Source: Octopus bimaculoides (Eukaryota). Taken from it: DNA of 64,000 nt. The stretch is from positions 9,232,052 through 9,296,051 of the forward strand of contig NC_069005.1 in NCBI RefSeq assembly GCF_001194135.2, read 5' to 3'. The notes beneath the pieces were generated by a model. The model did no database searches. It had not been told where the DNA came from and saw only the letters and a list, made by a program, of their open reading frames with translations. Positions 63,809 to 64,000 of the stretch are shown here, one piece after another. How positions within the stretch are numbered: the first letter of the stretch is position 1; each line of letters begins with the position of its first letter. The position numbers and the translations under genes are program-made.

Positions 63809-64000
63809 TATGTTAAATTATATTTCAACCGCCATATTAATAACGACAGTTATTTCACTAAATTCTTTAATATTTTCGAAATTAAGTGGAATAAATGCAA
63901 TTTATTTCAATAGGAACATACTAACAAAAGGAGTTACCCTTTCGGTTTGAATATCACAGCTTTTACCCGATTAGCTATGGAGTTGTTTATATTATCAATT

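Overview
AT-rich animal genomic DNA, most likely an octopus/cephalopod (inferred from the SINE families and microsatellite load), from a gapped short-read-type assembly (about 20 N-runs, most flanked by microsatellites). Most of the window is non-coding: (TA/CA/GA/TATC/ATT)n microsatellites, several tRNA-headed SINE families with exchangeable modules, MITEs, and decayed Tc1, DD41D, mariner and hAT transposase fragments plus a Penelope-like GIY-YIG fragment. Almost all ORFs in the supplied track are microsatellite or gap artefacts. One convincing exon of an unidentified plus-strand gene lies at 41470-41785, with weaker exon candidates elsewhere. The most unusual signal is a cluster of hammerhead-ribozyme motifs at 18.5-19.4 kb. 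It comprises (i) a tRNA-headed element carrying a minimal type I hammerhead in a Penelope-like inverted arrangement and (ii) a repeat family whose intact hammerhead core and complementary arms occur in a non-canonical, pseudoknotted strand order. All calls come from reading the sequence by eye; no searches or folding programs were run.
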